From positions 1-36,837 of IMG/VR virus record IMGVR_UViG_3300044557_000138: DNA of 36,837 nucleotides; one strand, 5' to 3'. Positions 17,867 through 25,361 of the stretch are shown here, one piece after another. How positions within the stretch are numbered: the first letter of the stretch is position 1; each line of letters opens with the position of its first letter. Under the pieces are notes generated by a model. It did no database searches. It saw nothing but the letters and a program-made list of their open reading frames with translations, and was not told the DNA's origin. The stretch is from a virus. Made by a program: the position numbers and the translations under genes.

Positions 17867-18649
17867 TCACCGCATTCGCTCGACGCAATCTAAGAGTTCG
17901 ATCGGGTTGAACGTCCACTTGCCGCCTCCTATGCTCCTGCTGGCGGGGAGGTCGCCTCGCGTGAGCCAGTTGGATACGTTCGAGCGTTTTGCTGGCAGGT
18001 TGGTTTCTTGTCGTATCCATGCGGCGGCTTGTGCTGGCGTGCACGTGAGCGTGCGGTCGTGTCCTTGGGAATCGGTGGGGTCATTGCGCAATCTGGCTCG
18101 TCTCGCATCCTGCAATGCTTTGACGTTCCAGATGCTGCCGCAGTATTCGCATTGGGCTTCCTTGGCTCCTTTTGGCGCGCGTACGGGGCGTCGGCAGACG
18201 TCCGATAGGCATGGCCCAAATATGATCATGTCTTCGCTTGAAGTGGTGCGCCGTTTGACTTTGGCTGCGATGGCGGTGACTTCTCGATAGGTGGTCTTGC
18301 AGTCGGGTGCGCTGGCGAGCTCGGCGACGTGGCTGATGCATAGGCGTATGAGCTGCTGGGGCTTGCCGCCGTACCTGTTGATGCTGGCTGCTGCTTGGCT
18401 GAGCGTGTCGGACGCCTGATCGATGAGGTCGGCGGCAGCGAGGTCGAGTGGTGTGGGCGCTTCGGCGGGGTGCGAGTGGCCTTGGCTGCGTCCGCCCAGT
18501 TTGACCTCGCGGCGTGCTATGGCGGTCAGCTCGTAGATGCCGAGGCGCAGGCCGTGCAATGCGTCGGCAAGCTCAGTGCGATGCTGACGGCATAGCACTC
18601 CACCGCGCACCATGCCATCGCACACGGGGCACTTCGATAGTTCGCTCAT
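17867..18649 (-). CDS. Zinc-ribbon plus C-terminal HTH DNA-binding protein (260 aa), a possible late-gene regulator
   Basis: Track ORF trimmed to ATG 18649 (MSELSKCPVCDG...), which forms an ATGA overlap with the stop at 18646. Contains CxxC...C and CEYCG pairs, and an HTH-like C-terminus (TPAQAAAWIRQETNLPAKRSNVSNWL). Confidence 0.6.
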   Translation of the reverse strand: MSELSKCPVCDGMVRGGVLCRQHRTELADALHGLRLGIYELTAIARREVKLGGRSQGHSHPAEAPTPLDLAAADLIDQASDTLSQAAASINRYGGKPQQLIRLCISHVAELASAPDCKTTYREVTAIAAKVKRRTTSSEDMIIFGPCLSDVCRRPVRAPKGAKEAQCEYCGSIWNVKALQDARRARLRNDPTDSQGHDRTLTCTPAQAAAWIRQETNLPAKRSNVSNWLTRGDLPASRSIGGGKWTFNPIELLDCVERMR

Positions 18650-18990
18650 AGGATCAGTTCCCCTTGCTGGCAGTAAGTGCTGCCTTCGTCTCCGTAGTCG
18701 TTTTCTTCGAGGATCCATTCATTCCAGACATCGCCCTCGTCTGCGTCGTCGATCTCCATGACGGTGGTGTATCCGCAGGTCATGCATCGTAACAGCACGA
18801 GTGAGTGTGGCTTGTGGTCGCAGACCTGGCCGTTGATCATGCGGGGAAGGACGCGGGTGTGGCATTGCTTGCAGCCGCGCCAGCCCAGTTTCGAGATTCC
18901 GCCGCCGAATGTGAGACCATCTATGGGCATCCACTTGTCCCAGATGACCGGGTTCCCGTCCCATTTGGGCGGTAGGGCATGCCTGATCAT
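18646..18990 (-). CDS. Cys-rich hypothetical protein (114 aa)
   Basis: Track ORF trimmed to ATG 18990 (MIRHALPPKWDG...), which forms an ATGA overlap with the stop at 18987. Confidence 0.6.
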   Translation of the reverse strand: MIRHALPPKWDGNPVIWDKWMPIDGLTFGGGISKLGWRGCKQCHTRVLPRMINGQVCDHKPHSLVLLRCMTCGYTTVMEIDDADEGDVWNEWILEENDYGDEGSTYCQQGELIL

Positions 18991-19145
18991 TGCGCTGCCT
19001 CCAGTATTCGTTTCGCGTTGTCGATCATGCTTGCGGCGTACCGGTGCGCGGTGGACTGTTTGTCGTCGTGCTGCTGCTGGTATACCTGGGCCTGCTGCCT
19101 GCATTCCTCGGCTATGGCGCCGATCCGTTCGAGAAGATCAATCAT
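18987..19145 (-). CDS. Small hypothetical protein (52 aa)
   Basis: MIDLLERIGAIAEECRQQAQVYQQQHDDKQSTAHRYAASMIDNAKRILEAAQ. ATG 19145 forms an ATGA overlap with the stop at 19142. Confidence 0.5.
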   Translation of the reverse strand: MIDLLERIGAIAEECRQQAQVYQQQHDDKQSTAHRYAASMIDNAKRILEAAQ

Positions 19146-19348
19146 GCATCCTCCTTGGGCTTGGCATCGCGTCGTGGTTTGCGCATTCGCTGGATGAGCA
19201 GGTAGGTTTCGTGATCGTCCATGTCGACCTTGACGGTCGGGAGCTCGCGCGCTTCGAGGTTGGCGAGCATCTTCTCCTCGCGCTTCCTTTTCCGGTATTC
19301 GCGCTGGTATTCGCGCTGGTATTCTGCGTATTTGCGTTGGTCTCTCAA
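19142..19348 (-). CDS. Basic hypothetical protein (68 aa) containing a 12-bp in-frame tandem repeat
   Basis: ORF track (TTG start in a TTGA overlap). ggtattcgcgct is repeated 2.6 times at 19294-19324, encoding EYQREYQREY. Confidence 0.5.
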   Translation of the reverse strand: MRDQRKYAEYQREYQREYRKRKREEKMLANLEARELPTVKVDMDDHETYLLIQRMRKPRRDAKPKEDA

Positions 19349-19488
19349 AAGTACGGCCCCTTGTCACGCGCGGTTTCGATGACGGCTTTGACGAGCGCGA
19401 TGGGCTGTTTGAGCAGGTGCGCGGTCTCCTCCGGCGAGTAACCGGAATCGGCCCATTTGAGGATCATGTCGATCGTTGACTGCTTCAT
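19345..19488 (-). CDS. Small HTH-like protein (47 aa), below the ORF-track cutoff
   Basis: Hand translation gives MKQSTIDMILKWADSGYSPEETAHLLKQPIALVKAVIETARDKGPYF. ATG 19488 forms an ATGA overlap with the stop at 19485. Confidence 0.55.
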   Translation of the reverse strand: MKQSTIDMILKWADSGYSPEETAHLLKQPIALVKAVIETARDKGPYF

Positions 19489-19835
19489 AATTCACGCTCC
19501 TGGCTCTCCGTCACCGCTTTGCGAGCAGCGTTCAACACACGCTTGGCAAGCAACTCGAAAGAGCGACTATTGAAATCAGCGGAAGCGCCATGTATTGTTG
19601 CGCCTGAGTTCATCGCGACATCGAAATTCCATGCTGCTAACTCGTCTGCCACGGCTTTCACTTCCTCTTCCGTAGGCTCGGCGGTACGACCAGCGACATA
19701 CCCCTCAGCCCTCAATCTGACCTTCTGCGGGTAATTCTGCACAGACACGGCATGCCCGTCATGGCGCTCAATATGGGAAGAACCGAAATACCTAGATTGC
19801 GCCCACTGCTCCGCTTCATCTGTTGCGATACTCAT
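19485..19835 (-). CDS. Hypothetical protein (116 aa)
   Basis: ORF track; overlap-coupled to its neighbours. Confidence 0.6.
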   Translation of the reverse strand: MSIATDEAEQWAQSRYFGSSHIERHDGHAVSVQNYPQKVRLRAEGYVAGRTAEPTEEEVKAVADELAAWNFDVAMNSGATIHGASADFNSRSFELLAKRVLNAARKAVTESQEREL

Positions 19836-20164
19836 TGCTGCTGCTCCTGTCGGTATTTAGCTACTGCTTTCAATCCGATGCCCATTGCTCCTATGCCGTC
19901 GTCCTCCCGGTCGTTGATGGAGGCGTCGAAGGCTGCCTCCATGACGGCCAGCTCATCGTCCGTCGCCGTCAGCGCCTCCCGTCGTATACGCTTGTCATGC
20001 TCGGCCAGCCAACGATGGAAAGCCGCATAGCATTTAGACCCGTAGTTCGAGCCGATTGCGTCTATCGGCTCTCCGGCCTGCTCGAATTTCCGAGGGTCGC
20101 CTCGAAAACCATTGCACACGTCCTCTGTCGTCGGCACATACCTTCCCTGCATCATGTTGCTCAT
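19832..20164 (-). CDS. Hypothetical protein (110 aa)
   Basis: ORF track; overlap-coupled to its neighbours. Confidence 0.6.
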   Translation of the reverse strand: MSNMMQGRYVPTTEDVCNGFRGDPRKFEQAGEPIDAIGSNYGSKCYAAFHRWLAEHDKRIRREALTATDDELAVMEAAFDASINDREDDGIGAMGIGLKAVAKYRQEQQQ

Positions 20165-20592
20165 TTCGTCTCCTTGGTTTCGTAGTTTTCATAAGGGTTT
20201 GGCGTCGCTCCTGCGAGCAGTCTTGAGGCCATGGTGTCCGACTGGACTGATTCCATAGCGTCCATCCACCCGCGCTCGTGCCCTTCTTCCCATGCGTTGT
20301 GGCGCACAGTCTCGATCATCTGGTCGAACTCGGCATGGATTTCCTGCGAGAGCTTGGCGTAGTCCGCATTACGCCGGTCAGGATTCGAAAAGAATCCGTG
20401 GAATCTAGACGCGCATGATGGGTCATAGTAGCCTCGCGCCTCATCGATGTCTGGCGTGTAAACCACATGCGTGTCATTAGACGCTTCATGCTCTGAGGCT
20501 TGCGTAATGGGGGTGTCCTGCGTGTTTCCTGTTGAATGCGGTAAGTTATCGCTCTCTTGATTACTGGGCGCTCCTAGGGCCGTTTCTGTCAT
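20161..20592 (-). CDS. Hypothetical protein (143 aa)
   Basis: ORF track; overlap-coupled to its neighbours. Confidence 0.6.
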   Translation of the reverse strand: MTETALGAPSNQESDNLPHSTGNTQDTPITQASEHEASNDTHVVYTPDIDEARGYYDPSCASRFHGFFSNPDRRNADYAKLSQEIHAEFDQMIETVRHNAWEEGHERGWMDAMESVQSDTMASRLLAGATPNPYENYETKETK

Positions 20593-21077
20593 TTCGTGTC
20601 CTTTCCGATGATGTCGTTGAGCTGCAAGCGCCCGGCGAAATGGTGGTTATTGGTTGGTTTGGGTTTTTCCGGTGCTGCTGGAAGCAAGTGGCCTCGCGCC
20701 GATTCGAGCGCCTTGGCGAGAGCCTGCTCGCGGCTCATGCCCGCGTTCGCATTGGCGATCAACGCGCGCCTGGCCGCCCACTGCTCATCGGAGCTCAGGT
20801 CGAGCGGCTCCAGCATGCGCCCAATCTCAGCCTCAGACAGGCGCGAGCTGGGACGGCGCGACTTGACGATCTCCACCACGTCGCCCGGCTGTATGCGCCC
20901 GAAGTCATGGCGGCGCCCGTACCATTCGGCGACAGCGCTCATAGCATGCCCGTAGTCGGTGTCGACGCTGCTGTTGACGACTCCAGCGAACAGCACTGCG
21001 TCGTCGATGTCGGCGCTGCGGCCGTCAAGGTGTTTGATGGCGGTCATGAGCTTCCAGGCGTCGGTCTTCGATAGCAT
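20589..21077 (-). CDS. Hypothetical replication-module protein (162 aa)
   Basis: Track ORF 20589..21227 trimmed to ATG 21077 (MLSKTDAWKLM...), which is preceded by GAAGGAGG. The longer form would overlap the replication gene by 200 nt. Confidence 0.6.
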   Translation of the reverse strand: MLSKTDAWKLMTAIKHLDGRSADIDDAVLFAGVVNSSVDTDYGHAMSAVAEWYGRRHDFGRIQPGDVVEIVKSRRPSSRLSEAEIGRMLEPLDLSSDEQWAARRALIANANAGMSREQALAKALESARGHLLPAAPEKPKPTNNHHFAGRLQLNDIIGKDTK

Positions 21078-21945
21078 GATTGCCTCCTTCGTTTCTCCGT
21101 TGGCTGGCTTCCTCGGCTTCGAGCTGGGCGAGTATGCGCCGGTCGTTGTCCCACTCGGCCTGAGCTCTCTGCGTGCGGGTGACGATCCCTCCAGACCGCA
21201 TCCGCTGGCTGATGTCTGGTCCGTCATTCCATGAGTCGGTTTTCAACCATTTCGCGGGGTAGGGCGCATAGGTCACATCGCCGGTCAGATACGCTTGCAG
21301 CCCATTGATGATCTGATTGGGTGATGCCCGCTTGATGGCTTTTTTCCACTCTGCCCATGCCTTGGGTTTCTCTTTGCGCCGGAAGGACGGGTAGGTCTTC
21401 CAGAAGAATTCGAATTCTTCGGAATATGCGGGCGACCGTGAAACTTGTTTCGCGGGAATGTTTATACCCTGTTCCCCTGTTCCCCTGTTCCCCTGTTCCC
21501 CTGTTCCAGTCGCTGTGTTTCCGTCGCTGTGAACGGAAATTCCGTGACGGTCGTCGGAAAAACCTTGATTGCCGTAGAACTCCTTATCTGGAGCCGATTC
21601 TGAATCGTTTGGACCGGGGAGCCTAGATGATGCTCGACGTTCGTTCCTTTGGTGTTCATCCCACCGGGTGATCGAATAAAAACGACGGTTGTCGTTGGTG
21701 TAGAACTCCACCGAAAAGGTGTTTGCAACTTCCGTGAGAATGCGCGGAAATTCCGCGATAAACGTCGGAGATTCCGAGTCGTGTGGGAAAGCAAACGCCA
21801 TCAGCTCCATCGGAGTCCACTCTGCGCGTCCGTGGTCATCGGCCCAATTCCACATCGCTATATAAAGGAGTCTTGCCCATGGAGACGCTTTCGCAGTTGA
21901 TGGAGACCGCCAGAACTCAGGCTTGATTGTCCTAATCCTTGCCAT
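21025..21945 (-). CDS. Replication initiation / replisome organiser-like protein (306 aa)
   Basis: N-terminus MARIRTIKPEFWRS and internal FEFFWKTYPSFRRKEKPKAWAEWKKA are motifs I associate with phage replication organiser proteins. Position follows the recombination module. Confidence 0.55.
   Translation of the reverse strand: MARIRTIKPEFWRSPSTAKASPWARLLYIAMWNWADDHGRAEWTPMELMAFAFPHDSESPTFIAEFPRILTEVANTFSVEFYTNDNRRFYSITRWDEHQRNERRASSRLPGPNDSESAPDKEFYGNQGFSDDRHGISVHSDGNTATGTGEQGNRGTGEQGINIPAKQVSRSPAYSEEFEFFWKTYPSFRRKEKPKAWAEWKKAIKRASPNQIINGLQAYLTGDVTYAPYPAKWLKTDSWNDGPDISQRMRSGGIVTRTQRAQAEWDNDRRILAQLEAEEASQRRNEGGNHAIEDRRLEAHDRHQTP
21467..21506. repeat. 8-bp tandem repeat ccctgttc x5 inside the replication gene
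   Basis: Read directly: ccctgttc repeated five times without interruption. Encodes GTGEQGNRGTGEQG on the minus strand. Confidence 0.9.
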
Positions 21946-22345
21946 ATGTCACCGTCAATTCCCTATTCATATAGTGCTTAGGCCTTGAAATATTCCGTGA
22001 TGGATTGAGATTGGCGATACAGAGAGCCTCAAGAAATCCTTCTCGAATCTCGGTCTCATAAAAATCATTCATATCCAAACCAACTACTTCAAGCCATGTA
22101 ACTAGATGCCACCACGCCTTGCGTCTGTGCTTATCCAGCCTGTCTTTCACATGCCAGGTCTTCCCAATATAAGAAAGTTCATCGCCGCAAAACGCAAAAT
22201 ACACAAACCCACGAGCGTACTTAGTTGGGATCAATTCATCGCAAACTCGCTGTGATGGGAGCGGACCTGAATAGCAGTCGAACACTGACAGTGCGTCAAT
22301 GTCGTCGCTGCGCCAGAACTCGGGCTTGATGCTCCGTATCCTCAT
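21932..22345 (-). CDS. GIY-YIG nuclease-domain protein (137 aa) fused to a duplicated replication-gene N-terminus
   Basis: GFVYFAFCGDELSYIGKT...KDRLDKH...ETEIRE...NLNPSRN, a GIY-YIG pattern. The first 14 aa MRIRSIKPEFWRSD mirror MARIRTIKPEFWRS of the next gene. Hand-counted line 22021-22080 is 23/60 G+C. Confidence 0.7.
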   Translation of the reverse strand: MRIRSIKPEFWRSDDIDALSVFDCYSGPLPSQRVCDELIPTKYARGFVYFAFCGDELSYIGKTWHVKDRLDKHRRKAWWHLVTWLEVVGLDMNDFYETEIREGFLEALCIANLNPSRNISRPKHYMNRELTVTYGKD

Positions 22346-22748
22346 CGCTGTCCTCCTTCTTATCCGGCCCTAGTTCAATCCCGCTGTTCAACAAGCGAGC
22401 GAGCGTTGACAGGGTCATGAATACGTATTGGTTCCCGATGCCAGCCATGGAATCGATGCCGACTCCACGACGCTTCTGCACGACGATGGGATACGGGCTG
22501 CCATTGTTGCCAGCCTCATCCTCCGCCTCGCTCAAATAGCCTGCGATACCCGTCTTGCTGGTGTTCTTCACTTCGAGAGTGACCCGCTCACCGTGGAAAT
22601 ACACGTTGCCCACGTCGCCGATATCCTTGGCGCCATGCAAGCGCATACGCATGATGCGCTCGTCCTGCAAAGCCCATTGCAGGTAATCCTGCACGGCTTT
22701 CTCCATCGCACGACCAGCCGCCTTCGCACTCGACCTGTTTCTAGTCAT
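22296..22748 (-). CDS. PD-(D/E)XK nuclease, putative Holliday-junction resolvase (150 aa)
   Basis: The GAKDIGDV...VTLEVKNTSK spacing fits the D...ExK nuclease core. Position follows the recombination genes. Confidence 0.5.
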   Translation of the reverse strand: MTRNRSSAKAAGRAMEKAVQDYLQWALQDERIMRMRLHGAKDIGDVGNVYFHGERVTLEVKNTSKTGIAGYLSEAEDEAGNNGSPYPIVVQKRRGVGIDSMAGIGNQYVFMTLSTLARLLNSGIELGPDKKEDSDEDTEHQARVLAQRRH

Positions 22749-22909
22749 TCCCTAGCCTCCCTCTCGCGCAGTGTGGCGGACAGTCGCAGGATCGTGTCGG
22801 CAGCCTGATCCAAGAAGTCGTCGACCTCGTCCATGTCGTATCCCTCGATGAACCGGTGCGTGCTGAACCGCTTAGCCTGAACGTCGCCCGGAGTCAACAA
22901 GTCGCTCAT
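22745..22909 (-). CDS. DivIVA N-terminal-domain mini-protein (54 aa)
   Basis: MSDLLTPGDVQAKRFSTHRFIEGYDMDEVDDFLDQAADTI closely follows the DivIVA/Wag31 N-terminal signature (LTPEDV..K.F......GYD..EVD.FLD.V). ATG 22909 forms an ATGA overlap. Confidence 0.65.
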   Translation of the reverse strand: MSDLLTPGDVQAKRFSTHRFIEGYDMDEVDDFLDQAADTILRLSATLREREARE

Positions 22910-23076
22910 GCCACCATCCCCTTCCACTCGTCCAGCGACCGCTGCTCCACGGCATCTTCACGCGCTTCCTGGTCGCATTGCGGGCAGTCGCCCAGCACGT
23001 TGAGATAATGGCCTTGCGGGCATGTGGGCTGCACGTCAGGCGGCGTCTCACTCGAAGTCTCATCGCCTACGTTCAT
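22906..23076 (-). CDS. Small zinc-ribbon protein (56 aa)
   Basis: MNVGDETSSETPPDVQPTCPQGHYLNVLGDCPQCDQ... GAGGAAGG lies upstream. ATG 23076 forms an ATGA overlap with the newly found ORF 23073..23234. Confidence 0.55.
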   Translation of the reverse strand: MNVGDETSSETPPDVQPTCPQGHYLNVLGDCPQCDQEAREDAVEQRSLDEWKGMVA

Positions 23077-23234
23077 TCCCCAAGCACCTTCCTCATCTTT
23101 CGTTCGTCGGCGAAATGCAGTACGAGCCGAATCTGGTCGTCCGACCACTCCAAACGCCGCAACAGGTCGACGAACTGCCATAACGGAAGAACACCGCCAG
23201 GAACGCCTACCGGCGTCTCTCTAGTAACTCGCAT
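23073..23234 (-). CDS. Small hypothetical protein (53 aa), below the ORF-track cutoff
   Basis: Hand translation gives MRVTRETPVGVPGGVLPLWQFVDLLRRLEWSDDQIRLVLHFADERKMRKVLGE. GGAGG lies 7 nt upstream. Both ends overlap the neighbouring genes. Confidence 0.5.
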   Translation of the reverse strand: MRVTRETPVGVPGGVLPLWQFVDLLRRLEWSDDQIRLVLHFADERKMRKVLGE

Positions 23235-23457
23235 AATCAGCCTCCGGGTTGCCGATGGATTGCACGGCCTCAGCCAATTGCCTGGCGAGCTTTACCGCAT
23301 CGTCCGGGTACAGGCGGTAGATGCGCGTCGTGTTCGCTACCGGCCCGACCGCATAGGATTCGGTCACTGAGAGCAGCAGCTGATTGCCGCTGCGCCCGAG
23401 CTTCGCGCGGAAGGAGACCGCGTGCTTCGGCAAATTCCTAGAAGGCTGGCTCGTCAT
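23221..23457 (-). CDS. Hypothetical protein (78 aa)
   Basis: Track ORF trimmed to ATG 23457 (MTSQPSRNLPKH...), which is preceded by GGGAGG. The longer form lies inside ssb. Confidence 0.55.
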   Translation of the reverse strand: MTSQPSRNLPKHAVSFRAKLGRSGNQLLLSVTESYAVGPVANTTRIYRLYPDDAVKLARQLAEAVQSIGNPEADYASY

Positions 23458-23959
23458 CGTCGCCTCCCACGAATCCGTCGCCGTTGAAGCCGCTCTGCTG
23501 TGGCGCGCCCCACGGATCATCCTTAGCCGGGCTGGATGCTGGCGCATGGTTGCGCGTAGCCTGCTGCGTCTGCTGCCATTGGCCATTGCCCTGCTGGCCC
23601 CGCTGCTCTTTGACCACCTGCGCTGTCGCATACATCAGGCTCGGCCCGATCTCGTCCACGGTCATTTCCATCGAGTAGCGCGTGCTGCCGTCCTTCGCCT
23701 GATACTGCGTCTGCCGCATGCGCCCTACGGCGATGACGCGCATGCCCCTGGCAAGGCTCGCCATCACATGCTCGGCCAAAGCGCCGAAGCAGCTCACGCG
23801 CATCGGGCACCTGTCCCCGTCCACCCACTGGCCGGACTGGTCCTGACGGCGCGACTGGGCGATGATCGTGGCATGCGCGAACGCCTTGCCGTTGCGGCCA
23901 GTGCCGCCCTCCGGGTCACCGGCGAGATTCCCGGTGATCGTCAAAGTTGGTATGCTCAT
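23438..23959 (-). CDS. ssb: Single-stranded DNA-binding protein (173 aa)
   Basis: OB-fold style N-terminus (TITGNLAGDPE...), a Q/G-rich linker and the acidic tail DDDEPAF. Confidence 0.85.
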   Translation of the reverse strand: MSIPTLTITGNLAGDPEGGTGRNGKAFAHATIIAQSRRQDQSGQWVDGDRCPMRVSCFGALAEHVMASLARGMRVIAVGRMRQTQYQAKDGSTRYSMEMTVDEIGPSLMYATAQVVKEQRGQQGNGQWQQTQQATRNHAPASSPAKDDPWGAPQQSGFNGDGFVGGDDDEPAF

Positions 23960-23969
23960 TGTTTTTCCT

Positions 23970-24128
23970 TCAGCTTCCGATGTGTTTGATGATTTCGCGG
24001 CGTTTCAGCCGCTCAGGGTCTTGTGGGCACTGATAGCGTTTTTCGATGGCGTGAGGGCATCTGTCCACGCCCGTGTCAGGACGGTGGCAGATCTCGCAGT
24101 GGTGCTTGATGAGTTGATTCGTCAGCAC
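23970..24128 (-). CDS. Small Cys/His-rich protein (52 aa), below the ORF-track cutoff
   Basis: GTG start 6 nt after GAGGAG. Translation: VLTNQLIKHHCEICHRPDTGVDRCPHAIEKRYQCPQDPERLKRREIIKHIGS. Fills the gap between 24122 and ssb. Confidence 0.45.
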   Translation of the reverse strand: MLTNQLIKHHCEICHRPDTGVDRCPHAIEKRYQCPQDPERLKRREIIKHIGS

Positions 24129-24484
24129 GACGTGGGCTCCTCGTTGATAGTGACCGTCTTGAACTCATAAGATGCAGCGACGTTTTCAGCGAGGGAGTAA
24201 CGACTCACGTCATCTAGGATGGTGCCGTCGTTAGCAGTGAGCTTCTGCCATGGGAGCGGGGCGGTGCTCTTCTTCCAGATGGCACCGTACTTGTCCTTGT
24301 AAAACCCAGGATCGGTCGGCGCCTTCAGACGCGGACGCTCCGCTTCGGATAATGGGACCTCATTGCCGTCCTTCATCTTCCGTTCCTTTCGTTGTGTCAT
24401 TCCGCTGAATGCGACTCCGGCGATACCGTTGATGGTGTTCTTCCCGCCCATGCGCGGATGCGCGAAACCAATCGGATCAAGCAT
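24122..24484 (-). CDS. Hypothetical protein (120 aa or shorter)
   Basis: ORF track. The start is uncertain: an internal ATG (MKDGNEV...) has the better AAAGGAACGGAAG context. Confidence 0.5.
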   Translation of the reverse strand: MLDPIGFAHPRMGGKNTINGIAGVAFSGMTQRKERKMKDGNEVPLSEAERPRLKAPTDPGFYKDKYGAIWKKSTAPLPWQKLTANDGTILDDVSRYSLAENVAASYEFKTVTINEEPTSC

Positions 24485-25361
24485 TGTGAGCCTCTTCTGT
24501 CTGCGTAGCCTCGGCTGCTTCCGGCTCCTGCGCTTCCGGCGCGGCCTCGATTGCCGCCTGAGGCTCGTCGTCGATGACAGGGCGGAACACGTCCGAATAG
24601 TCGGGCGTGGTCTCGTCCACTACTGTGGATTTCTTCGCTTCGACGGTCACTGGAAGATATTTGAACGATCGGCGTATCAGCGTTTTTAGACCCATTGCAA
24701 CGAAATCCGTCGCCCACGGGCCCGTGATCTGATTCCCCTTGTACTTGCTGCGCGGAGCGAAGCGCTCGCGGTAGGACGCAAGGTCCTTCGCGCTCATATA
24801 GTCCGCATATCTTCCTCCGTTCGGCAGCGCGACGGAAAGATAAACGAACGAAAGGTTTTCCACCGAGTGGTCGGCGTCGAGGTTGACCGACTCGGGGCAC
24901 TTGATGACTGGGTTGCCGTCGTCACCTAGGGTGAGCGTTATCCCGTCGTCTTTGTACACCGCTCTCGGCTGCGCGTATATACCGCTGTTCTCAAGCAGCT
25001 TGAGCATGCCCTTGAATCCGATAATGAACGTGGCTTCCTTCTGCCCCGTCTTGTAGTTCTTGTTGCCATACGGAAGGATGTACGCCTGTCCCAGACCGTC
25101 AACATTGCTTGGCTTCAGGCCAAGAGCTGCGCACTGCATGAAGCAGCTCAGCACTGAAACCGGGGTGCATTCCGCGAGCATGGGTTCGCGGTTTATGGCG
25201 CTTATACAGTATTGCAGCAGCGCGTCCGGGTCGAGGTTGTTGCCTATGACTCGCTGTATCTGCGGCCATGAGCGTCGCACCATGTCCTTGAGCTCGCGGC
25301 TTGGGTCGAGCCTCTGCATCTGCTGGCCTTGTGTCGCTTGTGATAGGTTCCCCATAATCAT
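24477..25361 (-). CDS. recT: RecT-family single-strand annealing protein (294 aa)
   Basis: RecT-like core (…ILPYGNK…, …GPWATDFVAMGLKTLIRR…). Paired with the upstream YqaJ exonuclease. Confidence 0.8.
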   Translation of the reverse strand: MIMGNLSQATQGQQMQRLDPSRELKDMVRRSWPQIQRVIGNNLDPDALLQYCISAINREPMLAECTPVSVLSCFMQCAALGLKPSNVDGLGQAYILPYGNKNYKTGQKEATFIIGFKGMLKLLENSGIYAQPRAVYKDDGITLTLGDDGNPVIKCPESVNLDADHSVENLSFVYLSVALPNGGRYADYMSAKDLASYRERFAPRSKYKGNQITGPWATDFVAMGLKTLIRRSFKYLPVTVEAKKSTVVDETTPDYSDVFRPVIDDEPQAAIEAAPEAQEPEAAEATQTEEAHNA

